Of a DNA stretch of 64,000 nucleotides, positions 47,770 through 57,132 are shown piece after piece (the stretch's first letter is position 1; each line of letters starts with the position of its first letter). A program made the position numbers and the translations under genes. The notes beneath the pieces are model-generated. The model made no database searches and was not told the DNA's origin. It saw only the letters and a program-made list of their open reading frames with translations. This DNA comes from Flavobacteriales bacterium. GTDB lineage: Bacteria; Bacteroidota; Bacteroidia; Palsa-965. The DNA lies in assembly GCA_040377305.1 (NCBI GenBank), contig JBEIPA010000013.1, positions 1-64,000 of the forward strand, given 5' to 3'.

Positions 47770-48804
47770 ATGAAAAGCCTCTTCACCCTAATTCTGTTTA
47801 CCGTCCTCACGACCTCGATTTTCGCTCAGAAAGACGCAATGGTCGCTTTCTGGAATGTGGAAAACTTGTACGACACGGTAGATGATCCGGCTGTGCAAGA
47901 CGAGGAATTTCTGCCTTCCGCTAAGAAGGAATGGAACTCCGTAAAGTATAATACGAAGCTGAAAAACACGGCTGAAGTCGTTCTGAAGATGAACAACGGC
48001 ATCGGTCCTGATATTCTCGGCATGGCTGAAGTGGAAAACAAAGATGTGCTAGTTGATCTCACCACGAAAACCGATCTCAAAAAACAGAAGTACGGAATTG
48101 TACATTATAATTCTCCTGACCAACGCGGAATTGATGTGGCGCTGATTTATAAAACGAAATCGTTTACAGTGCTGTCGTCATCAAGTGTTCCTGTTGTGTT
48201 ACCGATTGGACCGAAGGATTCAGCCGCACCCCGACCAACTCGCGATATTCTTGTTGTGCGCGGAATCCTAAACAAGAAAGACACGATTTGTATTCTCGTT
48301 AATCACTGGCCATCGCGTTTAGGTGGAGTGGAGCAGAGTGATCCGAAGAGATTGGCGGCAGCGAAGACTGCGGGGCTGATCGTAGATAGTCTCCGTCAAT
48401 TGTACACTAATGTCGAAATACTTTTGATGGGTGATTTCAATGATGAGCCCACTGATGCAAGTGTTAAGTCCTTGACGTATGATTACAAATTAGCTCACAT
48501 GCCATACGGCGGCATGGTTAAGATAATTGACAACCTGATGGACTCCATCAAAGCATCAGGAGACGGAACTCACTACTACAAAAAGGAAAAAAGCTGCCTC
48601 GATCAGATTCTGGTGACGACGAACTTAAAAGAGAAGAAGTCATACTACGTCACACAAGCATTCATCTTCAAACCCGATTGGCTTTTCGCAGAGGTGTATA
48701 AGAATGATGGATTATCTCCGAAGAGAACGTGGGCGGGATCGAGATATATTGGTGGATATAGCGATCACTTGCCGGTTTACACGATTCTGAAGTACCAGAA
48801 ATAG
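47770..48804 (+). CDS. Secreted endonuclease/exonuclease/phosphatase family protein
   Basis: FWNVENLYD, DILGMAEVEN, DQRGIDVALIY, NHWPSR, MGDFND, GGYSDHLPV. Confidence 0.92.
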   Translation: MKSLFTLILFTVLTTSIFAQKDAMVAFWNVENLYDTVDDPAVQDEEFLPSAKKEWNSVKYNTKLKNTAEVVLKMNNGIGPDILGMAEVENKDVLVDLTTKTDLKKQKYGIVHYNSPDQRGIDVALIYKTKSFTVLSSSSVPVVLPIGPKDSAAPRPTRDILVVRGILNKKDTICILVNHWPSRLGGVEQSDPKRLAAAKTAGLIVDSLRQLYTNVEILLMGDFNDEPTDASVKSLTYDYKLAHMPYGGMVKIIDNLMDSIKASGDGTHYYKKEKSCLDQILVTTNLKEKKSYYVTQAFIFKPDWLFAEVYKNDGLSPKRTWAGSRYIGGYSDHLPVYTILKYQK

Positions 48805-48940
48805 CTCTCGTTTCTCTGCGAGGCCTTACACGGCGACACAGAGAAACGGAGCCCGTTGTTTTCTAGTTCCCACGAGAAACGGCGCATCACTGGCGCGATG
48901 TCAATCCTGGTTAGCAGCAGTTCAATTGAAAACGAAATTC

Positions 48941-49381
48941 TTAATCGCGGAGTTTCTTTTCCCATTCAGTTGCGTCGTCTAGTCTTTTGCGTGTAATTCC
49001 TTCTTTCATAAGTGGAACATGAAAATTCGCAACATAGCCGAGTCGCTTACCGGCAAGTTTCATATAGCTGAGTAGTTGCGCTTCATGTACAGGTAAAATA
49101 TCTGCAACGGATTTCAATTCGATGATAATTTCATCTTCCACGAGTATGTCCAATCGAAAATGCTTCTTTAATACTTTACCTCGATATGTAACTGGTATCC
49201 GTAGCTGGGGTTGGAACTTTATCCCACGATGAGTTAATTCTTCCTCAAGGCAAGCTTGGTAAATCGATTCGTGAAATCCTGGCCCAGTTCTTCGGTGAAC
49301 TGAAAACATTGCATCTACGGCTTTGTCAGCGATCTTATTTAATTCCTCGATGCTCTTCGGTGTTTTTCCTTCGTCATTCAT
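48941..49381 (-). CDS. GxxExxY protein (PD-(D/E)XK nuclease-like)
   Basis: VHRRTGPGFHESIYQ, FRLDILVED.IIIELKSV, HEAQLLSY. Confidence 0.92.
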   Translation of the reverse strand: MNDEGKTPKSIEELNKIADKAVDAMFSVHRRTGPGFHESIYQACLEEELTHRGIKFQPQLRIPVTYRGKVLKKHFRLDILVEDEIIIELKSVADILPVHEAQLLSYMKLAGKRLGYVANFHVPLMKEGITRKRLDDATEWEKKLRD

Positions 49382-49435
49382 ATAATTAGGTTTAAGGTTT
49401 ATATATGAGGCAAAGTTAAATCAGCATTTTTAAAA

Positions 49436-49454
49436 TAGCCGTTTACAAACGTTT
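49436..49454 (+). repeat. Partial fourth copy (19 bp) of the shared upstream motif
   Basis: TAGCCGTTTACAAACGTTT, identical to the reverse complement of copies A and B. Confidence 0.7.
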
Positions 49455-49679
49455 ATGTTTAAGACGGTAACAACAATAGAGATCGCCTTGCGATCCGCCG
49501 TTTCTCGTGGGTTTAGAATGAGGAATGTTTTTAGGTCTCGGAAATTTCTCCGTTGCGCTGTGCCGCCATGTAAAGCGCCGCAGGCATGCCGTCACTCGTG
49601 GGTTTAGGATGAGGAAAGGATTTAGGTCTCAGAAATTTCTCCGTTTCGCTGTGTCGCCGTGTAAAGCGCCGCAGGCATA

Positions 49680-51770
49680 CTAAAGTTTGACAGCAACAAC
49701 ACACACATCATCCACCTGATCGAAATTCTTCTTCCACTCTTCAAACGACTTCCGTATAAACTCCGATTGCTCCTGCATGGATTTATCCGAAACAGAAACC
49801 AGCAATTCCTTAAACGGTTTATACTTCATCTTCTTCCCGAAAGGTCCGCCAAACTGATCAGCATATCCATCCGAGAACAATACAACTTCATCTCCTTTTT
49901 CAATTTTCACCGTGTGCAGTTGATAAGGACGATAACGTGACTCTCCGGCACCAATCATCAGCTTATCCGCTTTGTACTCTGTGATCACACCATTGCGTAA
50001 AACGTACATCGGATTAAACGCACCCGAATAATAAATCGTTTGAGATTTCTCGTGATAGCAGCATAACGCAACATCCATTCCGTCTTGCACAGAGTTTCCT
50101 TCCTCTTCATTCCGGTGACGAAGTACACGGTGAATTTCCTCATCGAGAAACGCAAGAATCTTATCCGGCATTACCAACTTGTGATCACTTAAGGCTTTTC
50201 CCAGAATGCTGTGACCAACTACACTCAATAATGCGCCCGGAACTCCGTGACCCGTACAATCGATTACACCAAACAACTTGTAATCACCTTCCTGTTCGAA
50301 CCAGAAGAAATCTCCACTCACAATATCTTTCGGAAGAAAACAACACCATGAATCCGAAAACAACTCGCGCATTTTTTCATCCGAAGGAAGAATCGCGTTC
50401 TGAATTCTCTTCGAATAAACAATAGAATCTGTAATGTCTTTGTTTTTCTCCTCGATAATTTCCTTCTGCTCCTGAATTTCTTCTTTCTGCTTCTCGAGTA
50501 ATTGTGCACTTCGCTTCTTCACGAGGTAACGATTAAATGCAACCATTCCAAGAATGAGTACAAGCACACCCAGAACGATAGCCGCAAGCAACATGAGGTC
50601 TTTCTTTTCACCCTTCGCCTTCTCCAAATCCAACTCTCGCTGATTTCTTTCATTTTCAATGGCAACACGCATCTCATTCACGATACTGCTCTTGTTCATG
50701 TTGAACATGGTATCGCGGGTGGCCTGCATTTTCTTGTAATAGAACAATGCAGAATCGAGCTTGCCGGTGTGTTCATACGTGCGGGAAATTTCCTCGTAGT
50801 AATTGTCCATCGTATAGATGTCCTGAATTTCTTCCGCAATCTTGACACCGCGTGAGAGGTAAAACAATGCGCTGTCATACATGCCCAGTTCATTGAAAAG
50901 ATTTCCTAAATGATAACTCGATTCCGAAATCACCGATCCCGATTCAATGAGATAGCCTAGCGCAATTGATTTGCGGAAATACGCAAGCGCCGTATCTGTT
51001 TGTCCTTTCCAGTGCTCAATAATGGCAAGGTGATCGAAAGATGATGCGAGTGCGCGCGTGTTGTCGTACTTCACCGAGAAGTAGTGTGCGCGGCGAAATG
51101 CTTTCTCGGCTTTTGATGTATCGCCAAGCTGCATATATGTAGCTCCAAGGTTTCCATACACGATGTACAATTTCTCATCGGTGGAATCAAGCTCAAGCAT
51201 GGTCTTCAACGCTTCCTCGTAAAATACCAGCGCTGAATCGTGCTGCTCCATCACAGAGTAAATGGTACCGATGTTCACTTTCATGTACACCGTCTTGAAC
51301 GGTTGATTGGAAAGCTTCGTCCAGTAATCGCTCTTCAGATAGCAGTCGAGGCATTTTTTATTCTGTCCGATGTCGCCATAGGAATTGCCCAGGTTGGAAT
51401 ACAAAGCCGCCAGCTCACTTGGTTTTTCACGAGGCAGTGCCCGCTCCAATCCCATCTCGAAATATTTAATGGCACTGTCATGCTTGCTGATGTTGTAATA
51501 CACCAGGCCTTTCTGCAGGTAACCACCGATAATTCCACCTTCCCACTCGAGTTCCATTGCGAGCTCCAGCGATTGCTCTGCATACTCTAAAGCGATGGCA
51601 GGATTGTCGTGACGGTTGTAATAAGAAATTTCCCGGAGAACATTCACCCGATGCGTGTCTTCCGCGGTCGGTAACACCTTCATGAGACTGTCGGATTTTT
51701 CCTTGTCTTGAGCGCACAGGAAAGCCGGCAAAAATGCGAGTAAGAAAAGTAGGGCTGAATTCCGATTCAT
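49680..51770 (-). CDS. TPR sensor with TM helix and PP2C/SpoIIE (RsbU-like) phosphatase
   Basis: TPRs; DSIVYSKRIQNAILP, PKDIVSGDFFW, DCTGHGVPGA, DGMD, SDGYADQFGG, QVDD. Confidence 0.93.
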   Translation of the reverse strand: MNRNSALLFLLAFLPAFLCAQDKEKSDSLMKVLPTAEDTHRVNVLREISYYNRHDNPAIALEYAEQSLELAMELEWEGGIIGGYLQKGLVYYNISKHDSAIKYFEMGLERALPREKPSELAALYSNLGNSYGDIGQNKKCLDCYLKSDYWTKLSNQPFKTVYMKVNIGTIYSVMEQHDSALVFYEEALKTMLELDSTDEKLYIVYGNLGATYMQLGDTSKAEKAFRRAHYFSVKYDNTRALASSFDHLAIIEHWKGQTDTALAYFRKSIALGYLIESGSVISESSYHLGNLFNELGMYDSALFYLSRGVKIAEEIQDIYTMDNYYEEISRTYEHTGKLDSALFYYKKMQATRDTMFNMNKSSIVNEMRVAIENERNQRELDLEKAKGEKKDLMLLAAIVLGVLVLILGMVAFNRYLVKKRSAQLLEKQKEEIQEQKEIIEEKNKDITDSIVYSKRIQNAILPSDEKMRELFSDSWCCFLPKDIVSGDFFWFEQEGDYKLFGVIDCTGHGVPGALLSVVGHSILGKALSDHKLVMPDKILAFLDEEIHRVLRHRNEEEGNSVQDGMDVALCCYHEKSQTIYYSGAFNPMYVLRNGVITEYKADKLMIGAGESRYRPYQLHTVKIEKGDEVVLFSDGYADQFGGPFGKKMKYKPFKELLVSVSDKSMQEQSEFIRKSFEEWKKNFDQVDDVCVVAVKL

Positions 51771-51804
51771 GGGTCCGGTGAAAGTACGAAATAACACCCG
51801 AAAA

Positions 51805-51902
51805 GATGATGGGATTACCTGATGATAAAATGATAGCATGGAGCCCTCGTGGATCTACCGGTTTCGCATCCAATAATCCAATAATTCTATCATCCTATCA
51901 TC
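51805..51902. repeat. Inverted degenerate 8-bp arrays (ATGATAGG family) with no enclosed gene
   Basis: gatgatgggattacctgatgataaaatgatag versus catccaataatccaataattctatcatcctatcatc. Confidence 0.65.
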
Positions 51903-51920
51903 GGCGAAAAGTCACGTTCT

Positions 51921-53858
51921 TTGCAGCGAGTGAAACCAAAAGATGAACTCCGAAAACTAGTCGACCTCCTCGTAATTGAGAAGGAGGAAGATCTGCGTCA
52001 GTATCTCGAGCAGTTCGAGCGTGGTAGCGTGACCGAACGGCGGAAGAACGGCGTTACGTGGTATCCTTTGCGAATCAACGCGGAAGAAATGGGACCCGGC
52101 GATTATGTGACGGTTGAATTCGAGCGCACTCAAGGAATAGATGAAGCGCATCAGTTCTCGAATGGAAAGCTGGTAGAACTCTTTTCAAATTCCGCGGAAG
52201 GTGAACAAGGAAAAATTCAGGGAACAGTCCGGAATATCTGGGGTAATCGTATGCGTATTGCCTTCACAACCGATGAACTTCCGGGATGGGTCGATCGTGG
52301 GAAACTGGGAGTGAATGTGTTGTTCGATGAAGCGAGTTACCGCGAAATGGTAATCGCATTGCAGAAAACGATTGATGCAGAAAACAATCGGCTTGCAAAG
52401 TTGCGCGATATCCTATACGGGATTGAGAAAGCGACTTTTGAAAAGAAAGAAGATATCACGGTAGCGCATGCATTAAACCAGTCGCAACAGGAAGCGGTGC
52501 AACTTATCGTTTCTGCGAATGATGTTGCTGTGGTACACGGGCCTCCCGGCACCGGAAAAACAACAACGCTGATTCGTGCGATCATGCAGACTTTACAGCA
52601 CGAGAAGCAGGTTTTGGTTTGCAGTCCGAGTAATGTTGCAGTGGATCTCATGACAGAGAAACTTGCGTTACAAGGTGTGAATGTTTTGCGTTTAGGAAAT
52701 CCTGCCCGCGTATCGGAAGAGGTGATGAACAACACGCTCGACGTGAAGATGATGAATCATCCGAACTGGAAAGAGCTGAAAGAATACCGCAAGCGTTCTG
52801 AAGAGTTTTTCTCGATTGCGAAAAAGTACAAACGCAACTTTGGTGCGAGCGAACGTCAGCAGCGCGATCTTATGTTCAAAGAAGCACGTGCCTTGCAGAA
52901 GGAAGCGGGCATGCTCGAAGATTATATTCTCTGGGATCAATTTGAGAATGCACAGGTGATTGCATGCACTCCGGTTGTTGCGGCAGGACGACTCATGCGC
53001 GATCTGAAATTCCGGACTGTTTTCATTGACGAAGCGGCACAGGCACTCGAGCCCATGGCGTGGATTCCTATTTCGAGAGCAGAGCGGGTGATTTTCGCCG
53101 GCGATCATTTGCAGTTACCGCCAACCGTAAAATCGAAACGTGCAGAAGACGGAGGACTGAAATACACCTTATTCGAACGTGTTGTTAAATCACAACCGCA
53201 AACAACGGCTCTGCTTCGTACGCAATACCGCATGCACGATTCCATCATGGGATTCTCTAACAGGATGTTCTACGAATCCAAACTGGAATCGGATGTCACC
53301 GTGAAAGATAATCTCCTGAGTTTCGATGAGAACGATGCGCTGTTGAATCGGCCGTTTGAATTTATTGATACTGCCGGAAGTGGTTACAATGAAATTCAGA
53401 ATCCCGAGTCGTTAAGTTATTCAAATCCGGAAGAAGCCGAGCTGTTGATTTCTCACTTGCAGAAGGTGTTAGCACAGTATGATGCTCGCCCTGATGAGCC
53501 GTTGCGCATTGGCATCATCGCTCCGTACAAGAATCAAACGGAATACATCCGCAATTACATTCAGGAGCACGAGAGCTTCAAAGATTCGCGGCACCATTTT
53601 TCTGTACGCACCGTCGATGGTTTCCAGGGACAGGAGCGCGATATCATGTGCATCAGTATGACGCGCAGCAACGATAGCGGTGAAATCGGATTTCTTTCCG
53701 ACACGCGTCGCATGAACGTTGCGCTCACACGCGCGAAAAGAAAACTACTGGTGTTCGGCGACAGCGCCACTCTTGCTAACCATCCTTTTTACAAGAAGTT
53801 TTTGGATTATGTAGAAGAGATTGGTGGGTATAGAAGTATGTGGGAGTTTATGGAGTAG
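51921..53858 (+). CDS. Superfamily 1 helicase (IGHMBP2/DNA2-NAM7-like)
   Basis: HGPPGTGKTTT, PSNVAVD, IDEAAQ, GDHLQLPP, QYRMH, TVDGFQGQE, RRMNVALTRA. Confidence 0.95.
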   Translation: MQRVKPKDELRKLVDLLVIEKEEDLRQYLEQFERGSVTERRKNGVTWYPLRINAEEMGPGDYVTVEFERTQGIDEAHQFSNGKLVELFSNSAEGEQGKIQGTVRNIWGNRMRIAFTTDELPGWVDRGKLGVNVLFDEASYREMVIALQKTIDAENNRLAKLRDILYGIEKATFEKKEDITVAHALNQSQQEAVQLIVSANDVAVVHGPPGTGKTTTLIRAIMQTLQHEKQVLVCSPSNVAVDLMTEKLALQGVNVLRLGNPARVSEEVMNNTLDVKMMNHPNWKELKEYRKRSEEFFSIAKKYKRNFGASERQQRDLMFKEARALQKEAGMLEDYILWDQFENAQVIACTPVVAAGRLMRDLKFRTVFIDEAAQALEPMAWIPISRAERVIFAGDHLQLPPTVKSKRAEDGGLKYTLFERVVKSQPQTTALLRTQYRMHDSIMGFSNRMFYESKLESDVTVKDNLLSFDENDALLNRPFEFIDTAGSGYNEIQNPESLSYSNPEEAELLISHLQKVLAQYDARPDEPLRIGIIAPYKNQTEYIRNYIQEHESFKDSRHHFSVRTVDGFQGQERDIMCISMTRSNDSGEIGFLSDTRRMNVALTRAKRKLLVFGDSATLANHPFYKKFLDYVEEIGGYRSMWEFME

Positions 53859-53868
53859 TACAATTTCG

Positions 53869-54288
53869 CTACTGAGCTTTCGCACTAATCTTCTTTCCAA
53901 TACGCATCAGCAAACGGGAAACAACACTATTGATCCATCCAGTTGCGCCCAGTAATGGCGTCACTAGTACGAGTAGGAACAGCATACGCCACGGAGCATA
54001 TGCCGGGTTATCGCCGAAGATTGCCAGCATGATACCAATTGAGATGCCGGTCGTCAACCATGTAGCAAATGATTTATTAAAAATTGCTACCGATAGATTG
54101 ATAATTACAATGAGTCCTACAGCGAACACGAAGAGATAATAAATCAAGATACCAAAGGCAACACCTTGATGATGGTGAATGGAGGTATCATATTTCTGCA
54201 ACAGGTAAAGCGAAAAATAAAGCGCGGCCCAAAGAGTGCAGCACTGAATCGAAGCTGTGATTAAGGCAGTGATAGTCCGTGTAAGCAC
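53869..54288 (-). CDS. Hypothetical membrane protein
   Basis: Four hydrophobic segments; start uncertain. Confidence 0.6.
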   Translation of the reverse strand: MLTRTITALITASIQCCTLWAALYFSLYLLQKYDTSIHHHQGVAFGILIYYLFVFAVGLIVIINLSVAIFNKSFATWLTTGISIGIMLAIFGDNPAYAPWRMLFLLVLVTPLLGATGWINSVVSRLLMRIGKKISAKAQ

Positions 54289-54330
54289 GTTAGCGGGATT
54301 GAAAACTGCAAATCGGCTGCAGTTTTAAGA

Positions 54331-55308
54331 TTAGTTTTCGCGTACCATTAACGAATCGGTAAATCCCCGCAGCAGTTTTTTCTTCGCGTCATCCACTTGC
54401 ATACTCTCCAACGCAGCAATTCCCATTTCGTAGTGTTTCTGCATTTCTGATTCTGCAAGTGCACGAATTCCGATCTGATCGTAAATCGCAGTTACTGCTT
54501 TGACTTTCTCAGTTGAACTATCGCCACTTACTTGCATCCAGTTGAGCAACGCTTCTTTCGAGTACGCATCAGCTTTCTCCAAAGCAGAAATCAACAGAAA
54601 TGTTTTCTTGTTCGAAACGATATCTCCACCCACTTGTTTTCCGAATTTCTCCGGATCGCCATACACATCGAGAATGTCATCCTGCAACTGAAATGCAATT
54701 CCAATGTGCTTTCCGAATTCGTACAACTTGTGCGCTTCTGTTGCGTAAGCTCCTCCGCACAATGCTCCGATTTCCAGCGAAGCTGCTAACAGAACCGCAG
54801 TCTTCAATTCAATCATGCGGATATACTCCGGAATCGTAACCTTCTCGCGCGATTCGAAATCCATATCCATTTGCTGTCCTTCACAAACTTCTAATGCCGT
54901 TCGGGTAAACACATCGAGAACGTGCGGAAGAATATGCGGGGGTGATAAAGCTATTCTGCGGAATGCTTCGGTGTACATCGCGTCTCCGCTTAGAATAGCA
55001 ATGTTCGAATTCCATTTCGAGTAAACGGTTTCTCTTCCGCGACGCAACGGCGCATTGTCCATAATGTCGTCGTGGAGCAATGTGAAGTTGTGAAAGAGCT
55101 CAATGCCAATTGCAGCCGGAAGCGCTGACCGGACATCTTGCGTAAACATTCCCGCACCAATCAGTGAAAGCAAAGGGCGCATTCGCTTGCCGCCATGCGC
55201 GAGCGTATATTTCAACGGCTCATACAAACGCGCTGGTTCTTTCGGCAAACCGGAAACGAAACGTTCTATATCTGCGGCAATAATTTCCTGGTAATGCTGA
55301 ATATCCAC
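54331..55308 (-). CDS. Polyprenyl (geranylgeranyl/farnesyl) diphosphate synthase
   Basis: GGKRMRP, LLHDDIMD..RRG, CEGQQMD, KTAVL, FQLQDDILD. Confidence 0.95.
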   Translation of the reverse strand: MDIQHYQEIIAADIERFVSGLPKEPARLYEPLKYTLAHGGKRMRPLLSLIGAGMFTQDVRSALPAAIGIELFHNFTLLHDDIMDNAPLRRGRETVYSKWNSNIAILSGDAMYTEAFRRIALSPPHILPHVLDVFTRTALEVCEGQQMDMDFESREKVTIPEYIRMIELKTAVLLAASLEIGALCGGAYATEAHKLYEFGKHIGIAFQLQDDILDVYGDPEKFGKQVGGDIVSNKKTFLLISALEKADAYSKEALLNWMQVSGDSSTEKVKAVTAIYDQIGIRALAESEMQKHYEMGIAALESMQVDDAKKKLLRGFTDSLMVREN

Positions 55309-55310
55309 GA

Positions 55311-56255
55311 TTAGAGTATGAAGCGGGTGTCGTTGAGCAATTTTTTCAATCCTTCTTCGAGACTGAGCGGTTGACGGTTGAGCAGCTTTGTCATTTTCTG
55401 CGTGTCGGGCATGCGGCGTGTCATGTCGCCTTCTGAAAGTGAAGGGCCCATAATGACTTTCGATTTAGATCCGGTAATCGCGATAATCTTATCTGCCAGT
55501 TCACGTATTGTAATTTCCTTATCGCTGCCGATGTTCACTACGTCGTTTACAATTTCATTATTGTAAAACGCATGCAGACAAGCTTCCGTGTTATCGTCGA
55601 TGTAACAGAAGGTGCGGGTTTGTCTTCCGTCTCCATTCACCACAATGTCTTCACCTTTCAGTGCTGCAGAAACGAAACGGGAAATCACAAAGTCTTTGCT
55701 CTGCTTCGGTCCGAATGTATTGAAGAATCGGAAGATGGTATATTCCAGACCGAATTCTTTCTGATACGATTTCAGATATGCTTCTCCGGCATTCTTCACA
55801 ATTGCATAAGGCAAACGTGAATTGAGCGGAGTAGTTTCTTCATTCTGCGGAAGCTCAACAGGTTCACCGTACACTTCAGAAGACGAAGAGAAGAACACGC
55901 GCTTCACACCGGAATTCTTCGACAACTCCAGAATGTTTTTGAATCCTTGCAGATCACGCAACACCATCACCGGGTTATCGAGCGTACGCTGTACACCAAC
56001 CACGGCAGCATAATGAAACACATACTCAAACCGATGAGACATCATCACCGTCGACAAATCGATGTAATGATTAACATCACAACGAATGAAGCGTATGTTG
56101 TCGTGCGAAGAAACCGGAATTTTATCCTGCGAGCCTGTAAGCAGATTATCCACAATCACAATGAAGTAATCCGGATTCTCCGCAAGTTTCTCGACAATTG
56201 CGCTGGCAATAAAACCGGCACCGCCCGTTACAAGTATGTATGTTTTCTTAGCCAC
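55311..56255 (-). CDS. NAD-dependent nucleotide-sugar epimerase/dehydratase
   Basis: VTGGAGFI, SSSEVYG, YAIVK, QTRTFCYIDD; GTG start. Confidence 0.92.
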   Translation of the reverse strand: MAKKTYILVTGGAGFIASAIVEKLAENPDYFIVIVDNLLTGSQDKIPVSSHDNIRFIRCDVNHYIDLSTVMMSHRFEYVFHYAAVVGVQRTLDNPVMVLRDLQGFKNILELSKNSGVKRVFFSSSSEVYGEPVELPQNEETTPLNSRLPYAIVKNAGEAYLKSYQKEFGLEYTIFRFFNTFGPKQSKDFVISRFVSAALKGEDIVVNGDGRQTRTFCYIDDNTEACLHAFYNNEIVNDVVNIGSDKEITIRELADKIIAITGSKSKVIMGPSLSEGDMTRRMPDTQKMTKLLNRQPLSLEEGLKKLLNDTRFIL

Positions 56256-57127
56256 TAGCCGATCAGACTTACAAGATATTGACCATAACCGCTTTTCATT
56301 AGCGGATCGGCAAGTGCTTGCAGCTGCGCTTTGTCAATGAAGCCGGAACGAAAAGCAACTTCTTCAATGCAACCAACTTTCAATCCCTGACGTTCTTCAA
56401 TGATTGAAACATAATTGCTTGCCTGCAACAACGAAGCATGTGTGCCGGTGTCAAGCCACGCGGTGCCACGATTGAGAATACTAACTTCAAGCTTGCCGCG
56501 TTCGAGATAAATTCTGTTTACATCGGTAATTTCCAGTTCGCCACGAACACCCGGTTTCAGGTTACGCGCAATTTCAATTACGGAATTATCGTAGAAGTAA
56601 ATTCCGGGAACTGCGAAATTCGACTTCGGTTGTTTTGGTTTCTCCTCAATGGAAATTGCTTTACCACTTGAGTCGAATTCAACAACACCATAACGTTCCG
56701 GATCGTGAACGTGGTAAGCGAATACCATTCCGCCACCTGTGGTTTGCACTTTCTTGCTTGCGTCACGCAATGTGCCGGAAAGATTTGATCCGTGAAAAAT
56801 ATTGTCACCTAGAATCAAAGCGGCATGATCATCGCCAATGAAATCTGCACCAATCGTGAATGCCTGCGCAAGTCCTTTAGGTTCCGGCTGCACCGCATAC
56901 TCGAAACGCATCCCAAGTGATTTTCCATCACCAAGGAGCTTTTCGAAATTCGGAAGATCAACCGGAGTTGAAATGATCAGTACTTCGCGTACACCGGCAA
57001 GCATGAGCGTGCTCAGCGGATAATAGATCATCGGCTTGTCGAACACCGGCATGAGCTGTTTACTTACTGCCAGCGTTAGCGGATGAAGTCGCGTGCCGGA
57101 ACCTCCGGCGAGAATAATTCCTTTCAT
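56255..57127 (-). CDS. rfbA: Glucose-1-phosphate thymidylyltransferase
   Basis: [47 protein letters not shown]. Confidence 0.97.
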   Translation of the reverse strand: MKGIILAGGSGTRLHPLTLAVSKQLMPVFDKPMIYYPLSTLMLAGVREVLIISTPVDLPNFEKLLGDGKSLGMRFEYAVQPEPKGLAQAFTIGADFIGDDHAALILGDNIFHGSNLSGTLRDASKKVQTTGGGMVFAYHVHDPERYGVVEFDSSGKAISIEEKPKQPKSNFAVPGIYFYDNSVIEIARNLKPGVRGELEITDVNRIYLERGKLEVSILNRGTAWLDTGTHASLLQASNYVSIIEERQGLKVGCIEEVAFRSGFIDKAQLQALADPLMKSGYGQYLVSLIG

Positions 57128-57132
57128 AAGTC

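Larger units (their letters stand above)
48816..49678. mobile_element. Inverted-repeat-bounded GxxExxY cassette (mobility inferred)
   Basis: Left arm 48816-48899 is complementary to right arm 49482-49583; part of the right arm is tandemly duplicated (49504-49587 and 49595-49678, 91-bp period). Confidence 0.55.

Noticed and set aside
51921-53858. SF1 helicase as a defence-system component
   Set aside because: No fused nuclease or partner genes; context looks housekeeping
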